In this document: positions 47,626-59,700 of the stretch, piece after piece
Layout of the letters: each line of letters opens with the position of its first letter
How positions within the stretch are numbered: position 1 is the first letter of the stretch
Origin: a virus
Lineage: Duplodnaviria; Caudoviricetes
Reading direction: 5' to 3' (one strand)
Virus record (IMG/VR): IMGVR_UViG_3300029288_000072
Location: 32,001 to 96,000 of that record
DNA length: 64,000 nt
Program-made: the position numbers and the translations under genes
The notes under the pieces: model-generated
Told to the model about the DNA's origin: nothing
Database searches by the model: none
The model's input: the letters and a program-made list of their open reading frames with translations, nothing else

Positions 47626-49575
47626 TTAGCAAGGAATAGATGATAAATTAATTGTCAAATCTATTTCTTGATTCCATTTTTCTAAACTATAAAATGGATT
47701 TGTACTTGGTGTACATTGTTCACTTCCAAATCCAGAATCAACTATTACACCAAAATCATAAAATGCTCTTATTCTAACTATATTTTCACAACATCCATTA
47801 ATATAAAAATATTGACCACTAAACATATAAAATTGATCTGGATATACCGTTGTAAAATATTCTTCTCCCCCCCCATTATCTACATATATATCTAATGCAG
47901 TAACATACAATGCATTGCCTACGAATCCTGTTCCTCCCATTTCATTATCATAATCGGATGAATCAAATACTAAATTTGTTGCAGTTATTGAACCACATGC
48001 ACCAATATTATTACATCCAGAACAAGTTGCTGTTGCTTTTATACTTGAAGAATCTAGATAAACATAAAATCCGGGATATAATGCTCCACTCGTACAATCA
48101 ACTTCACTTGGAATAGTAACAATATGACCGCTAATACTTGTATTAGATGTAGTTAAATTTAATGTTATTGATTGGGAAGTTGATAAATCCCAATCTTCAT
48201 GGCTAGTTCCTGGATTTTCTGGATCATCATATATAGTTGAACACTGATTATAATAATTTAAATATGTACATGGACTATCTCCAGAACAATTACATGCAGT
48301 TACAAATTCTAAGATAGCACTATTCATATAATATTGAATTGTTATATTAGATGCTTGTTCTTCTGGAGTTCCTCCACTTCTGGAAGTATCGCCAAAATAT
48401 TGATCATCTCCACAACCAAGAGGAATAGGACCATATGTTTCTCCTGGGTTAATTTGTAATCCTTCTGTAAATCCCAAATCACTTGTATATATAAATGCAC
48501 ATTCGGCGCTTGTACAAAAAGATGTTGCGTCTATATATAAAGAGGCATCTAATGAAACCTCAAAATATTTATTATTAACTGTTGTACATTCTACACTTGC
48601 AAGATTATCTATTGTAACATTGCTTAATGTTTGTACATCTGCGCATAAACAATCTACAGAAGATGAACTAGATGAGGAACTATCAGAATAGGAAGAACTA
48701 TCAGAAAATGAACTTGAAGATGAACTTGAAGATGAACTATCTGATGAGGATGAAGAACTAGAAGAAGATGAACTATCTGATGAGGATGAAGAACTAGAGG
48801 AAGAACTTTCCGGACAATCGCAGCAAAAACAATATGTATGTCCTTGTAATTTTGCTGCCTGAACAGGCAATTCTTCAAAATGTTTTATAGAAAACCATTG
48901 TCCAGCACCAACTCTTGTAGAACAATCACCAGCAACACCTTCACAATTACCAGCATCGCAATCGCAAGATGAATCTGCTACCTTTGATGTTAAGAATGTT
49001 ATTCCAAAATTATTACAAACATATTCATTATAACAATTTGAACCAGTTGGTTCTAACAAATCATCTCCATTGTTGTAGCATGTATCAGAAACACCAATAT
49101 TTACTACTATATTATCTGCAATTTCCTTAATTGCGTCTCGTATTCTATTTATTGTTATAGCTTTTATTGCTGCACCCTGTACTACTTCTGCCTTTGATCT
49201 TAATGAATCATCAATTCCTTCTGTTAATAATAGTCTTGCAGCATTTATATGAGCACATGTTTCACTTGGAGTACATGTATATTCTTTTGTTGCTTGTGGA
49301 ACATATGAACCAGTTTGTCCTGTATAATTTACTGTCTGCTCTACATCATCATATGTTTGTGTTTCTTCATTATATAAAGAACATGGATACACTATTGTAG
49401 TATTACCTGTATATGTTCCTCCTGTCCATGTTGCATAATTCCATTCACAATCTGTATCATATGATAATGCCTGTTCAGGACAATTTATTGCTATTTCTGC
49501 CTGAATCAATGCGAATATATCAGCAACTTGTTGTATATATGCCTGAATAGTCGTGGCGTCGCAATTACAAGTCAT
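47626..49575 (-). CDS. Cys-rich putative virion/fibre protein with poly-Ser linker
   Basis: Very Cys/Thr-rich; ~50-residue Ser tract. Confidence 0.7.
   Translation of the reverse strand: MTCNCDATTIQAYIQQVADIFALIQAEIAINCPEQALSYDTDCEWNYATWTGGTYTGNTTIVYPCSLYNEETQTYDDVEQTVNYTGQTGSYVPQATKEYTCTPSETCAHINAARLLLTEGIDDSLRSKAEVVQGAAIKAITINRIRDAIKEIADNIVVNIGVSDTCYNNGDDLLEPTGSNCYNEYVCNNFGITFLTSKVADSSCDCDAGNCEGVAGDCSTRVGAGQWFSIKHFEELPVQAAKLQGHTYCFCCDCPESSSSSSSSSSDSSSSSSSSSSSDSSSSSSSSSSFSDSSSYSDSSSSSSSSVDCLCADVQTLSNVTIDNLASVECTTVNNKYFEVSLDASLYIDATSFCTSAECAFIYTSDLGFTEGLQINPGETYGPIPLGCGDDQYFGDTSRSGGTPEEQASNITIQYYMNSAILEFVTACNCSGDSPCTYLNYYNQCSTIYDDPENPGTSHEDWDLSTSQSITLNLTTSNTSISGHIVTIPSEVDCTSGALYPGFYVYLDSSSIKATATCSGCNNIGACGSITATNLVFDSSDYDNEMGGTGFVGNALYVTALDIYVDNGGGEEYFTTVYPDQFYMFSGQYFYINGCCENIVRIRAFYDFGVIVDSGFGSEQCTPSTNPFYSLEKWNQEIDLTINLSSIPC
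48659..48807 (-). repeat. poly-Ser coding tract including a 36-bp tandem duplication (48728-48799)
   Basis: GAAGATGAACTATCTGATGAGGATGAAGAACTAGA(A/G) x2. Confidence 0.85.
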
Positions 49576-49587
49576 AGAAATCCTTTA

Positions 49588-51582
49588 TCAAGTATATGTA
49601 CAGCAAACATTTCCGCGAGTAACAGTTATTTCTATTGCACCATCACCATTACACGTTGATGTTATGCCAGTCAATGCACAACCAGTTCCTTCTGTTTCTA
49701 TTGTAATTAAATCTTCCAGATTTTTCTTTTGGTATTTAAGTATATCACCACATGCACCTGCATCTTTAGATAAATCAACAATTACATTGAAACATCCACC
49801 ACCAGATGAAGCAACTTCTTCTTCAATATCTGTTATTAATGGTGGTATTTTTTTTGCACGGGCTTCATATTGACAGGTTTCTGCATTCTTAGTTAATGTC
49901 TCTATTACAAAATCACCAGGACATAAATTTTCATTTTCTGGAATATAAAGAATAGTAGGAAATGTTAGTGTATGTTTTGTAACATCAAATCTACATACTG
50001 CATTATTATATTCTATTGTTGAAATAACATCACCAAAACATTGCTCTCCACCGTCAATAATATTTATTGTTGGGGCTGCAACATCGGCATATAATGAATG
50101 TAATGCACCAATACTAATAGTAGATGTTGTTGGAGTTATGGATATTCCAATTTCGCCTTCTACTTTTACTCTATTAACCCCTCCTGCAATACAACCATGG
50201 ATTCCAACTTGATTTACGATAGGAATACCACTTAATGATCTGAAAGACAATATTAATCCTGGACATGACGGAGTAACTACATCTGTACTTTTTTCTGCTA
50301 TTATTGCGGATCCACCACCAGTATTTACATTTGATGATGAATCATTTCCATTTATATTTGCTGTTAAATATGTTGTTGTATAATTTAATACTGCACATCC
50401 ATCAACACCAGTAATTTTGGATAAACTATTTACCGATAATAAATCATAAGAAGTTGGTTCTGTACATTCAATTTCAATGTCTACCAATCCGGTATTTACT
50501 AATGTATCACCATCTCTAATTTCTAATCCACATCCATAGTATAATGGATCATTACAATCTAAACATATACCATCTCTACCATTTTCTCCGTCTTCCCCGG
50601 CAGGACCACGCGGACCAGTTGGGCCTTGTATACCTTGTATACCTTGTTGTCCCTGTGGCCCTTGTATACCTTGCGGTCCTGTGCTACCAGTAGGGCCAGC
50701 AGGACCAGGAGATCCAGCAGGACCAGGAGGACCAGCAGGACCAGGAATTGCACCGGCTGGATCACATACTAATGATGCAACATGCATTGTACCATCCGTT
50801 AATGTTGCTACTAAAATATATCCCGCACTAGATACAAATCCTGATACTTGATATGTTGTTGTATCAATCTGTGTTATTGTTAAATCCCCGCACGATGCAG
50901 TAACATCAGGAACTACACAATCACAGTCTGTTAAATTAACTTCAATACCGTATGTAGATGAACAATCAAGAGAACTTATTTCAGTATCACAATTTCCTGA
51001 CAATTGTACTGTTATTACACTACATTCGGCACAATCGAATGAAATAGTTGGAGTCAAATTGTCTGCAAAATATCCTATTAAATTGCCTTCGCAAAATGCA
51101 CCAACATACTGATGACATGTTCTTTCTACTGGTTGAAATAAAAATCCATATTTTTGTTTTTTACCAACTATTACCTTACAAGATCCCTCTGTAGTAGGAG
51201 GAACGTGTGTTAGTCCTCCAGGAATTATATCGCTTAAATATAATAATTGACCAAAATTGCCAGGAATTTTTGTAGGATCTGGTGAATCATCTTGTACTTT
51301 TCCATTTATGTCTAACGTGAAAAAATCTTTGGTTAATGGAAAGCGATACATCATCGGTGCATCACTTTGTTTTAGATAGAAATAATTATCTCCTTGAAAT
51401 TCCCATACTATACCAGAAATAACAGACTTATTTTCACATGCTAATGCTGGTTTATAATCTCCATCAGTATCTTGGTATACTATTTGACCAATTTCTAATG
51501 TATTTTTTGCATTTATCTGATAAATCAATACTGGATCTGTGTGAAAGTGCCCTGTTGTCTTATCTCTTCTTGATATTGACAT
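49588..51582 (-). CDS. collagen-repeat, Cys-rich tail-fibre-like protein
   Basis: ~20 Gly-X-Y triplets; GGAG RBS; TATAAATA at 51614-51621 (minus). Confidence 0.75.
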   Translation of the reverse strand: MSISRRDKTTGHFHTDPVLIYQINAKNTLEIGQIVYQDTDGDYKPALACENKSVISGIVWEFQGDNYFYLKQSDAPMMYRFPLTKDFFTLDINGKVQDDSPDPTKIPGNFGQLLYLSDIIPGGLTHVPPTTEGSCKVIVGKKQKYGFLFQPVERTCHQYVGAFCEGNLIGYFADNLTPTISFDCAECSVITVQLSGNCDTEISSLDCSSTYGIEVNLTDCDCVVPDVTASCGDLTITQIDTTTYQVSGFVSSAGYILVATLTDGTMHVASLVCDPAGAIPGPAGPPGPAGSPGPAGPTGSTGPQGIQGPQGQQGIQGIQGPTGPRGPAGEDGENGRDGICLDCNDPLYYGCGLEIRDGDTLVNTGLVDIEIECTEPTSYDLLSVNSLSKITGVDGCAVLNYTTTYLTANINGNDSSSNVNTGGGSAIIAEKSTDVVTPSCPGLILSFRSLSGIPIVNQVGIHGCIAGGVNRVKVEGEIGISITPTTSTISIGALHSLYADVAAPTINIIDGGEQCFGDVISTIEYNNAVCRFDVTKHTLTFPTILYIPENENLCPGDFVIETLTKNAETCQYEARAKKIPPLITDIEEEVASSGGGCFNVIVDLSKDAGACGDILKYQKKNLEDLITIETEGTGCALTGITSTCNGDGAIEITVTRGNVCCTYT

Positions 51583-51673
51583 TCGCTACTCCAAACGTAT
51601 AATAATACAATACTATTTATAAATATTTGAGAGACTTGATATAATATATTATACATTAATTTAGGAGATTTTA

Positions 51674-51859
51674 ATGAAAGAATTATACTGTCCATTATGT
51701 CATACTATTATAACTGTTAGATCTACAACAGATAATGTGATTTGTAATAAATGCCTTGTAGAGACAGGAAACTCTGTTATAATGATAGAATCGCCTGATA
51801 CAGCAGAAAATATTAGATATTTAGGCGACGGATTATTTGAGAAAAAACAAAAGGATTGA
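51674..51859 (+). CDS. small zinc-ribbon protein
   Basis: CPLC...CNKC; AGGAG RBS. Confidence 0.7.
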   Translation: MKELYCPLCHTIITVRSTTDNVICNKCLVETGNSVIMIESPDTAENIRYLGDGLFEKKQKD

Positions 51860-52440
51860 ATATGTATATTATATGTTTAGCCGGTCCTGGCGGGGTTGGA
51901 AAATCAACAACCGCAAAAGCATTAGTTAAATCATTTAATAAGTTATTCCCTGAGCTAAAAATAGAAAATATGGCATTTGCTGATCCAATATACGAATTAG
52001 CTAGTAACTTATTAGGTATTCCAGTTGAATTGTTAAAATCTCAAGAGTATAAAGAAGTTGTATGGACTAAAGAAACAAGTCCTATGCCAAGTTTAATTGG
52101 ATGGACCCCGAGGAAATTTTTACAAATCGTTGGTACAGAAGGGTTTAGAAACAATGTTGCAAATGATTTTTGGGTCGAAGTAACTATTAGAAAAGCACAA
52201 ATAAAAAATTTAGATTTTGTAGTAATGGAAGATGCTAGATTTAGTAATGAATATGATAAATCGTCATTAACAATTGAATTAAAAAGAGATAATATACAAT
52301 ATAAATGTAATCATGCATCTGCTATGCCACCAGATCCTAAATACATATCATTTATTTTAGAATTGATAAAAGATATAAACTATGATACAATAGTACTTAA
52401 GATAGTCAAAACATTAGAGGATATAAAATGTGGGATGTAA
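51856..52440 (+). CDS. deoxynucleoside monophosphate kinase (T4 gp1-like)
   Basis: GPGGVGKST, FADPI, TPRKFLQIVGTE, DARFSNE, HAS. Confidence 0.88.
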   Translation: MNMYIICLAGPGGVGKSTTAKALVKSFNKLFPELKIENMAFADPIYELASNLLGIPVELLKSQEYKEVVWTKETSPMPSLIGWTPRKFLQIVGTEGFRNNVANDFWVEVTIRKAQIKNLDFVVMEDARFSNEYDKSSLTIELKRDNIQYKCNHASAMPPDPKYISFILELIKDINYDTIVLKIVKTLEDIKCGM

Positions 52441-52634
52441 TTAAAACTAAAATAAGATGTAAAAAATGCGGAGAAATATTAATGCCAGAAAATAACACAG
52501 AATGGTTGGAATGTGCTTGTGGTGCAGTAAAAGTATTAGGAAAAGGAACTTTTAAAGTTATTAATGCAAAAAAAGAAGATTATGAAGATTTGACAATATC
52601 AAATTTCAATTCCGTCCCACCCCATAAAGTTTAA
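52428..52634 (+). CDS. small zinc-ribbon protein
   Basis: CKKCG...CACG. Confidence 0.65.
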   Translation: MWDVIKTKIRCKKCGEILMPENNTEWLECACGAVKVLGKGTFKVINAKKEDYEDLTISNFNSVPPHKV

Positions 52635-52648
52635 AAAGGAAAAACTTA

Positions 52649-53359
52649 ATGTCTGAACAAATACAACTAAGTCCAGAACAACAAAAAGAATTAGAAAAAC
52701 AAATTAATAAAGAATTGGAGAATCAACAAAATAATCAAATACAATTAATGCCGCATCAAATATTAGAACAAGCTAATGCATTAGTATTAGATAAGGTTTT
52801 TTTAGTTGGAGAATTGACAGAAGAAGTAGCAGTAAATGTGTGCCGACAAATGCTTTTAATAAACGAAAGAAATCATTTAATGGGAATAGAAGAACCATTA
52901 CATATGATTATAAACTCTCCTGGTGGGGATTTAAATGCTGCATGGATGATATGCGATTTAATGGATACAATTGATTGTCCAATAATTACATATGGATTTG
53001 GGTCTGTTGCGAGTGCAGGATTAATTATATTTATGAATGGTAATTATGGGTTTAGATATGCAACAAAAAATACTCAGTTTATGAGTCATAGATTTTCTAT
53101 GATTACAGGTGGTAAACATTCTGATTTGATATCACATAAATCCGAAATTGACAGAATTCATAATAGAATAGTCGATCATTATACAAAATGTACAGCATTA
53201 ACTAAAACACAAATATATGATAATCTTTTAGCTGAACATGATATTTGGTTTAATGCTGCACATGCCAAAAAAATGAATATTGTAGATACTATTATGCCTA
53301 TTAAAAAACGTCATATTAAACAAAGAGATAAGAATGCAAAACGAAATAATAAAAAATGA
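52649..53359 (+). CDS. clpP: ClpP-like protease
   Basis: INSPGG, VASAG (Ser), FMSH (His), HDIWF (Asp). Confidence 0.9.
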   Translation: MSEQIQLSPEQQKELEKQINKELENQQNNQIQLMPHQILEQANALVLDKVFLVGELTEEVAVNVCRQMLLINERNHLMGIEEPLHMIINSPGGDLNAAWMICDLMDTIDCPIITYGFGSVASAGLIIFMNGNYGFRYATKNTQFMSHRFSMITGGKHSDLISHKSEIDRIHNRIVDHYTKCTALTKTQIYDNLLAEHDIWFNAAHAKKMNIVDTIMPIKKRHIKQRDKNAKRNNKK

Positions 53360-54002
53360 AAAATCTGATATATTAACATTAATAGAAGAAAAAAATCTTT
53401 TAGATCCATCTACTCAACAACAATTAATGGAAGCAAAAGAATTTATCGCAGAAACATATACTGATGTTCCTATGTATAGACCATTGCCAGTAAAATTATT
53501 TGGTGTGCTAAATGATAAAGATTTTCCTACACCAGAACAAAAATACTGGCAATGTAAGGTTGAAGCAGAAGTTCATGCAAATGAATTAATAAGAGATTTG
53601 CATGATCTTGAATTACAAAAACTTGAAATAGAAAAAATAGAATTGTTAATAGAAAAAATAAAAACAAAAATTGATATGACAAGCACAGATTTAGATAGAA
53701 AATTAATAGAATTGGATATAAAAGAACAATTAATTTATATTTCAAGAAAACGATTTGAAATAAAGCAAACAGAAAAACGCATTAAACATAGAATTCTTGA
53801 AGTGGGTGAGTGGAAAAAAATATCAGATGGATTAAAAGAAAATAATAATATAAATTTACATGATTATATACAACATTATTCAGATAAAATAAAATATAAT
53901 TTAGAGAAAAAATTAACATCAGATAAAACATCTGATGTTGATAAAAATGGAATTAAAACCCAATTACAAATAATTGAAACCGTTTTAAATAAGTTTAATT
54001 AA
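53334..54002 (+). CDS. coiled-coil hypothetical protein
   Basis: ORF track; FPTPEQKYWQC motif. Confidence 0.7.
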   Translation: MQNEIIKNEKSDILTLIEEKNLLDPSTQQQLMEAKEFIAETYTDVPMYRPLPVKLFGVLNDKDFPTPEQKYWQCKVEAEVHANELIRDLHDLELQKLEIEKIELLIEKIKTKIDMTSTDLDRKLIELDIKEQLIYISRKRFEIKQTEKRIKHRILEVGEWKKISDGLKENNNINLHDYIQHYSDKIKYNLEKKLTSDKTSDVDKNGIKTQLQIIETVLNKFN

Positions 54003-55354
54003 TCTGCTATACGTACAATTGTTACTGTATTATGTGCGGCTTCAGCAACATATTTGGTTGATGTATACGAACATCTAAAAGTTATATAATCTGTAGTTAA
54101 TAATTTTAAACATGCATCAACGGTTGCTATATATCCTGGATATGTCGATCTTATAGATTGTCCCCACTTAACTAAATTTCCATTTTTGTATATTCCAATA
54201 GAAAATCCATCATATGATTCATTTATTGCCACCGATGCATTAATAGAATATATACCACTTGACGGAGGATTAAATTTATTATTGCTTACCCATAATAAAT
54301 CATCATCTGATATTACTTGTTCATATTCAATATCTGTTGTATAACCAGATAATGATTGAGAAGAAATAGCGTTTACATGTGTAAAAATACCAGGACTTAC
54401 ATTTTTAACTATAGAATGCCAAACATTTGCTGTTCTACCATACAATAATAATGTTCCGTTTTTTGTCATATCTATAGACGAAACACCATCTAGTAAATCT
54501 GATCCACTAGCATTTACTGTTAAAGGACCACTTGAAGTATTTAAACGTATTCCTATTACATTCCCAATATTTTCACTTGCTAGTGGAATATTAAGAGTTC
54601 CTGCAGTTCCTAAAGTAAAATTGACATAATGATATCTATTCGGAGTTGCATTATATGTTGCTCCAACACCAGTTAATGAAATTGGAGAACTATTTGTTAT
54701 TTTTCCCCAAAACTCGGCTTCTGGTTCATTTTGTAAATCAATTATAGATGCACTCATATCAGATATATTTGTTTCTATAATATTTACATCTGATGAAATC
54801 GTAATTACTGATGTTTGTAAATCTTGAATTGAAATGTCTGTAATATCAGAAGAAATATGGTTATGACCAATATCAGTCTTATTATTTATTTGTGATTGTA
54901 AATTACTTGTTATATTTGCAACTTGGGTTTCTGTTATGACAACATTATTATTCATATAAATGTTGCTTGCTGATAAAGAAGCAACACCACTCATATTATT
55001 ATTAGAATCTATTGTTATTCCAGTTGATATAAGATTTCTTCCTGTACCACTTGATTTTAGCAATCTATTTGTTGTTCCAAATGGATTTGGTGCTGTTGTT
55101 AAAACTGATGTATCAGAAATTCCATGAACAGAAGATGTTGCGTCAGTATGGTCAACCATTGCTAATTGGACTGCACCATTAAAATCACTAACACTCTCAA
55201 TAAATGAGTTTATACTTGCTAATAACTCAGATAAAGTTATTCCTGATGGATTTAATAAGTCAGTAAATATTAAATTTCCGGCAGAATCGGATGATATAGC
55301 ACTTGTTATTCTATCAATTGTTATTGATGTTGCTTTGAAATTAAGATCTGCCAT
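53999..55354 (-). CDS. putative tail fibre/structural protein (C1q-like C-terminal beta domain)
   Basis: S/T/N-rich; FNPPSSGIYSINASV...GIYKNG pattern. Confidence 0.6.
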   Translation of the reverse strand: MADLNFKATSITIDRITSAISSDSAGNLIFTDLLNPSGITLSELLASINSFIESVSDFNGAVQLAMVDHTDATSSVHGISDTSVLTTAPNPFGTTNRLLKSSGTGRNLISTGITIDSNNNMSGVASLSASNIYMNNNVVITETQVANITSNLQSQINNKTDIGHNHISSDITDISIQDLQTSVITISSDVNIIETNISDMSASIIDLQNEPEAEFWGKITNSSPISLTGVGATYNATPNRYHYVNFTLGTAGTLNIPLASENIGNVIGIRLNTSSGPLTVNASGSDLLDGVSSIDMTKNGTLLLYGRTANVWHSIVKNVSPGIFTHVNAISSQSLSGYTTDIEYEQVISDDDLLWVSNNKFNPPSSGIYSINASVAINESYDGFSIGIYKNGNLVKWGQSIRSTYPGYIATVDACLKLLTTDYITFRCSYTSTKYVAEAAHNTVTIVRIAD

Positions 55355-56709
55355 TATGCAACTCCTTCAGTCTTCAACTTCAATACCGACCAATCCACTG
55401 TTCCTGTAAACTTCTTTTCTGCTCGTATAGTAAATTCGGTTGATTTCTTGTTAGTGTACCATATATTTATATTTTTATTACATGAAATCGTGATTTGATA
55501 ATCTGCATCACTAAATGCTGTTTCGAATTTGACTAAATATAAGTCATTGTTGGTAAAAGAGATAGATCCACTCTTTCTGCCTACATTATCTGTTCCACTA
55601 ACATTATATAAAATGACATCAATACTTGAATTTGTTATTGTTTCATCTGATATTGTATTAGGCAACCCAATTATTCTTCTCTCCAATCCTACATATTTTA
55701 CAACATCTATTGTTTCTAATACACAATTTCCCCCTGATGCATTTGCAGAATATGAAGGAACAGAGACCGAATCTGTTAATATTTCATCAACATAAAATTG
55801 TACTATTAATGTGTGGGCTGGTTCGTCTGTTAAAATATCTTGTTGATCTGTATTTGGACATTGACAATTTATTTGTTGTAATTCTTCTGATATAGGAGTT
55901 AATTGTCCAATTTGTGTTAATGTTATTTGTTGTTCTATACTATCACTAGAATCATTTGCAATTGCAACCCTATCTAATTCAATATCTGCTGTCAAATCAT
56001 ATAATCTAAATATTATAGGTGTCTCTGTTTTAATTAATCTTACATTTAATTTTGCAAGAATATGTGCAGACATATTTAAATCTACTGGAGGAATAACAAT
56101 TTGTAAATTTGGAATGTTATGCCATCTCCATTCGTTTGTGGCAGTTCTTCTAAATGTTCCGTCAGAGAAATCCCCATTTGCCTCAGATTCTAATAAATAT
56201 CTATCAATTGAGAAAACTTTTGTACCAGAAGACGCATTAATATAATTTCCATCAGTATCTTTTACAAAATATCTTCCTTCTTCTGTATCTATAGGATATG
56301 TAGGATCTCCTGTTATATCTATTTTTATATTGTTACATTCTGATGAATTTATTTGGGTTCTTCCTATCCAAAATATTCCTCCATTTGTTAATTTATTTTT
56401 CCATTCATTATAAGCACCAATTATTTCATTTAATGAATATGCTCTTGTTAGTGAAGAATCGTACAGATATAATTTTCCATCTTTAATATATACACCTTTC
56501 ATTCTATTAAGTAAATCTTGTAACTTTATAGAATCTATTGGATCTCCTAATATGTCAGTAAGAGTCCTTATATATTCATCTCTAAAGTGTAATTCTCCAT
56601 TTTCATCAAGAAATAATGCATTATCTATTTGAGAAACTTCTGATGCATCGGAATTTGGTATTCCAAGACTTATACCATCACATATAAAGGGAGTTAATTC
56701 TTCTGTCAT
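55354..56709 (-). CDS. putative structural protein
   Basis: C-terminus (F...DYQITIS...NIWY.NK....FTI) resembles that of 56719-61899. Confidence 0.6.
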   Translation of the reverse strand: MTEELTPFICDGISLGIPNSDASEVSQIDNALFLDENGELHFRDEYIRTLTDILGDPIDSIKLQDLLNRMKGVYIKDGKLYLYDSSLTRAYSLNEIIGAYNEWKNKLTNGGIFWIGRTQINSSECNNIKIDITGDPTYPIDTEEGRYFVKDTDGNYINASSGTKVFSIDRYLLESEANGDFSDGTFRRTATNEWRWHNIPNLQIVIPPVDLNMSAHILAKLNVRLIKTETPIIFRLYDLTADIELDRVAIANDSSDSIEQQITLTQIGQLTPISEELQQINCQCPNTDQQDILTDEPAHTLIVQFYVDEILTDSVSVPSYSANASGGNCVLETIDVVKYVGLERRIIGLPNTISDETITNSSIDVILYNVSGTDNVGRKSGSISFTNNDLYLVKFETAFSDADYQITISCNKNINIWYTNKKSTEFTIRAEKKFTGTVDWSVLKLKTEGVA

Positions 56710-56718
56710 AATATATTC

Positions 56719-59700
56719 CTATTTATCAAATATATATCCATCTAAAGGGTCTAAATTGTTAATATCTTCTTCTGTTACAGTCATTTCCGCCGTTGCAATA
56801 TAATCTATTTTACCAGTCCACGAACTTAATTCCACTGTAAGAATAAATCCATTGATAGTCTTATTTTGCCACCATGTTTTAATATTATCATTTGGCATTA
56901 AAGAAATACTATAATTTGTTCCAATTTCTTCTGGCATTGGAGAATCAAATTTTACGGTTATCGTGTTTATATCAACAAAATCTACGGTTCCCATTCGTTC
57001 TACGACAATATTGGAACCTGCTTCAAATATTGTAGTACCAAATGTCGTTTTTACTCCACAAGGAACAATTATACCATTAGAATCTACATAATATGTCCAC
57101 AATCTTCTTCCAATATAATTTTTAGAATATGTATCTTCTGGCGGAATCTGTGCAAAATCCCAAATAAATATACGTTTGCTTGTAGGATGAGCATGCAATC
57201 CTATTTTATTTGAAGATGGATTTATTTCATGTCCACCAACAACAACTGCTCTATCTGGTGTGCCAAATGCCATTTGTCCAATATACCAAGATCCTATATT
57301 TCCCCATTCGTTGACTGATTTTCGTATTCCTTCTAAATCAACAATTGTAGAATAGTCTGGAACATCACCGCCTAACCCAACACCATCCATGAATCTCTTC
57401 CAAGGATTTTTAATATATGAAATTAAATTATTATTCCCTATTATACCTTCACTATTTGATGGTATAAAATCATCTACGGCATTAAATCTTTCATCAGATC
57501 TATATTCTTGTATAAAAGATGATGCCCATTCAGAATATCCATAATCTTGTGCGGAAATATCTATTGATTGACTTGTACTTGCAGTTACCGATTCGCAATA
57601 ACTATATAAATTTAATGCAGCAGATAAATCATCTACGAACATTGTATCATTTATGGCAGTAAATGTATGAGTTTGTTTTGTTGTTGTTCCTGCTATTAAA
57701 AATCTATTATTTACAATAGAAGAAATATCATTAATTTCTAGATTAATATTACTTACTTCAAATATATTTTGTCCTTCTGTAGAAGTAGATTCGGCCAATT
57801 TTGTAGAATAATCATATTCTATTCTAAAGAATCCGGATATTTCATCTACTAATCCTTTTACCCATAATGGATATCCCCAACGTTGATTGTTGTCATCATA
57901 ATAATTAAAATCAAATGTTATGAAATCCGAAAGAGTAAAATCGCAATTTTGAGAACCCCAAGTTTCTTCTATGTTTTCTACACCAATTAATGTAGTACTA
58001 TCAGTTATTATATTAAATGTTAACGTACAATTTCCTGTTATTGTTTCGTTAATTAAATCAGATGATTCTGTCGAATCTAATATTGTAAATGAATTGCTTA
58101 CAGCAGATATAGATTCATTATTTTTAATTGATTGCCAAATTTCTTCCATTGAGTTAAATGTTAAAATCCCATATCCGCGTAAATTGAAATTTGTATTAAT
58201 ATGTATTATCTCATAATAAATTAAAACTTGACCACCATTAATAACTCGTATATCTGTTAAATTAAAACTTATAGATCCACCATATGATGCGGTAGGATAC
58301 ATATCATAATCAAGTGATGTTAAATTTAAAACCAAATTACTTACAAAAATATTTCCTTGTATAGTTTTGGATGTTACAAGATTATTTTCTAAGACATACC
58401 CAATAGCTATAAATTGTGCTTCTGATGGAGAATAAGTTTTCTCAACAGATAATTTATTTGGAGCAGAAATTGTAAATGTATATCCACTAGTATCTTGTGA
58501 TGTAAATGACGTTGGATTTATAGGTCCAACGGTTGCCAAAATTATTTCTGGAAAATTGGGATCTGTTGCATATGCAAGAGTAGCCTCACCAGTTCTATAT
58601 CTTGGATCATTTGTTTTAGACCCTGTTATTGCTGATGTTTCCCATGTAGGAATATTCCAGCATTCAGAATTTTCTAATATTGGCAATTCTTCATATTCTG
58701 AACCAAATAATTCTGTAGTTTCTATAGAAGATGTTTTATTTTCTTGACAAGAAAATGCGGATACTGACATTGCCGAAACGTCTGCAGTCTCAATATTTAC
58801 ATTATAACTAAATGTATTTAGAGTATCATGCAATCCACCCCAGAATATTGCATTTTCTGATGTTCCTACTCCTGTATGGTAATACACAGATTCAAATAAA
58901 TTTTGTTTTCTTATCCATGTTACACCATTATATTCATATACAAGATCTAATACTCTATTGGATTCCAATTCATTTTCTAATATTGAATCCGTAGTGCATG
59001 AATTTTTTGCTATTAATCCATATTTTTCTCTTAAATTGCACTCTATATTTGAAATAGTGTTATATTCTGTTCTTCCACCAGTAGATATACCAGAATTGTT
59101 ATCTCCTACATAACACGCACCATGACAACGAACTGGATAATTCTTTGTTGGATCCAGTGTTCCATATGTTATTGCAATATCAGATTGAGTAGTATCTGCT
59201 TCTTCATCAAGAATACATGAACATTCTTGCGTTCCTAAATAATATAATCTTGCATTTACAAATCCGCCATTATTTTCAATGTTAGAATCTGATATATCTA
59301 ACATTTTTAATCTTAATGTAGAATTTGGAAGGCCAACACAGAATGTATATTCTTTTTGTGTTGGTCTTGCATTTATATAATTTTCAACATTTGTTTGGGA
59401 AGTCATTATCCCAGAATTAAATGTATTCGTAATTGTTTGTTCATTTAATAATACTTCTGTATTTGATCCATATGCATTTAAATCTGAATTGCATGCGCTA
59501 CATCCGGAAGTACCAGAATACACTACCTTAACGTTTACCGATCCACCATTATCATCAAATTTCCAGTCTGATACAGTTAATCTTAATTCTGATCCTTCTA
59601 TATCATTACAGAAAGTATATTCATTAGCAGTTCCACCAGAAATGTCTACTGTTGCAAAAATAGGATTTGCTATTACATTGTTGTTTAATAAAACCATTAA

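Noticed and set aside
52649-53359. ClpP as a novel finding
   Set aside because: ClpP-like proteases are common in large phages, and nothing unusual is visible here.
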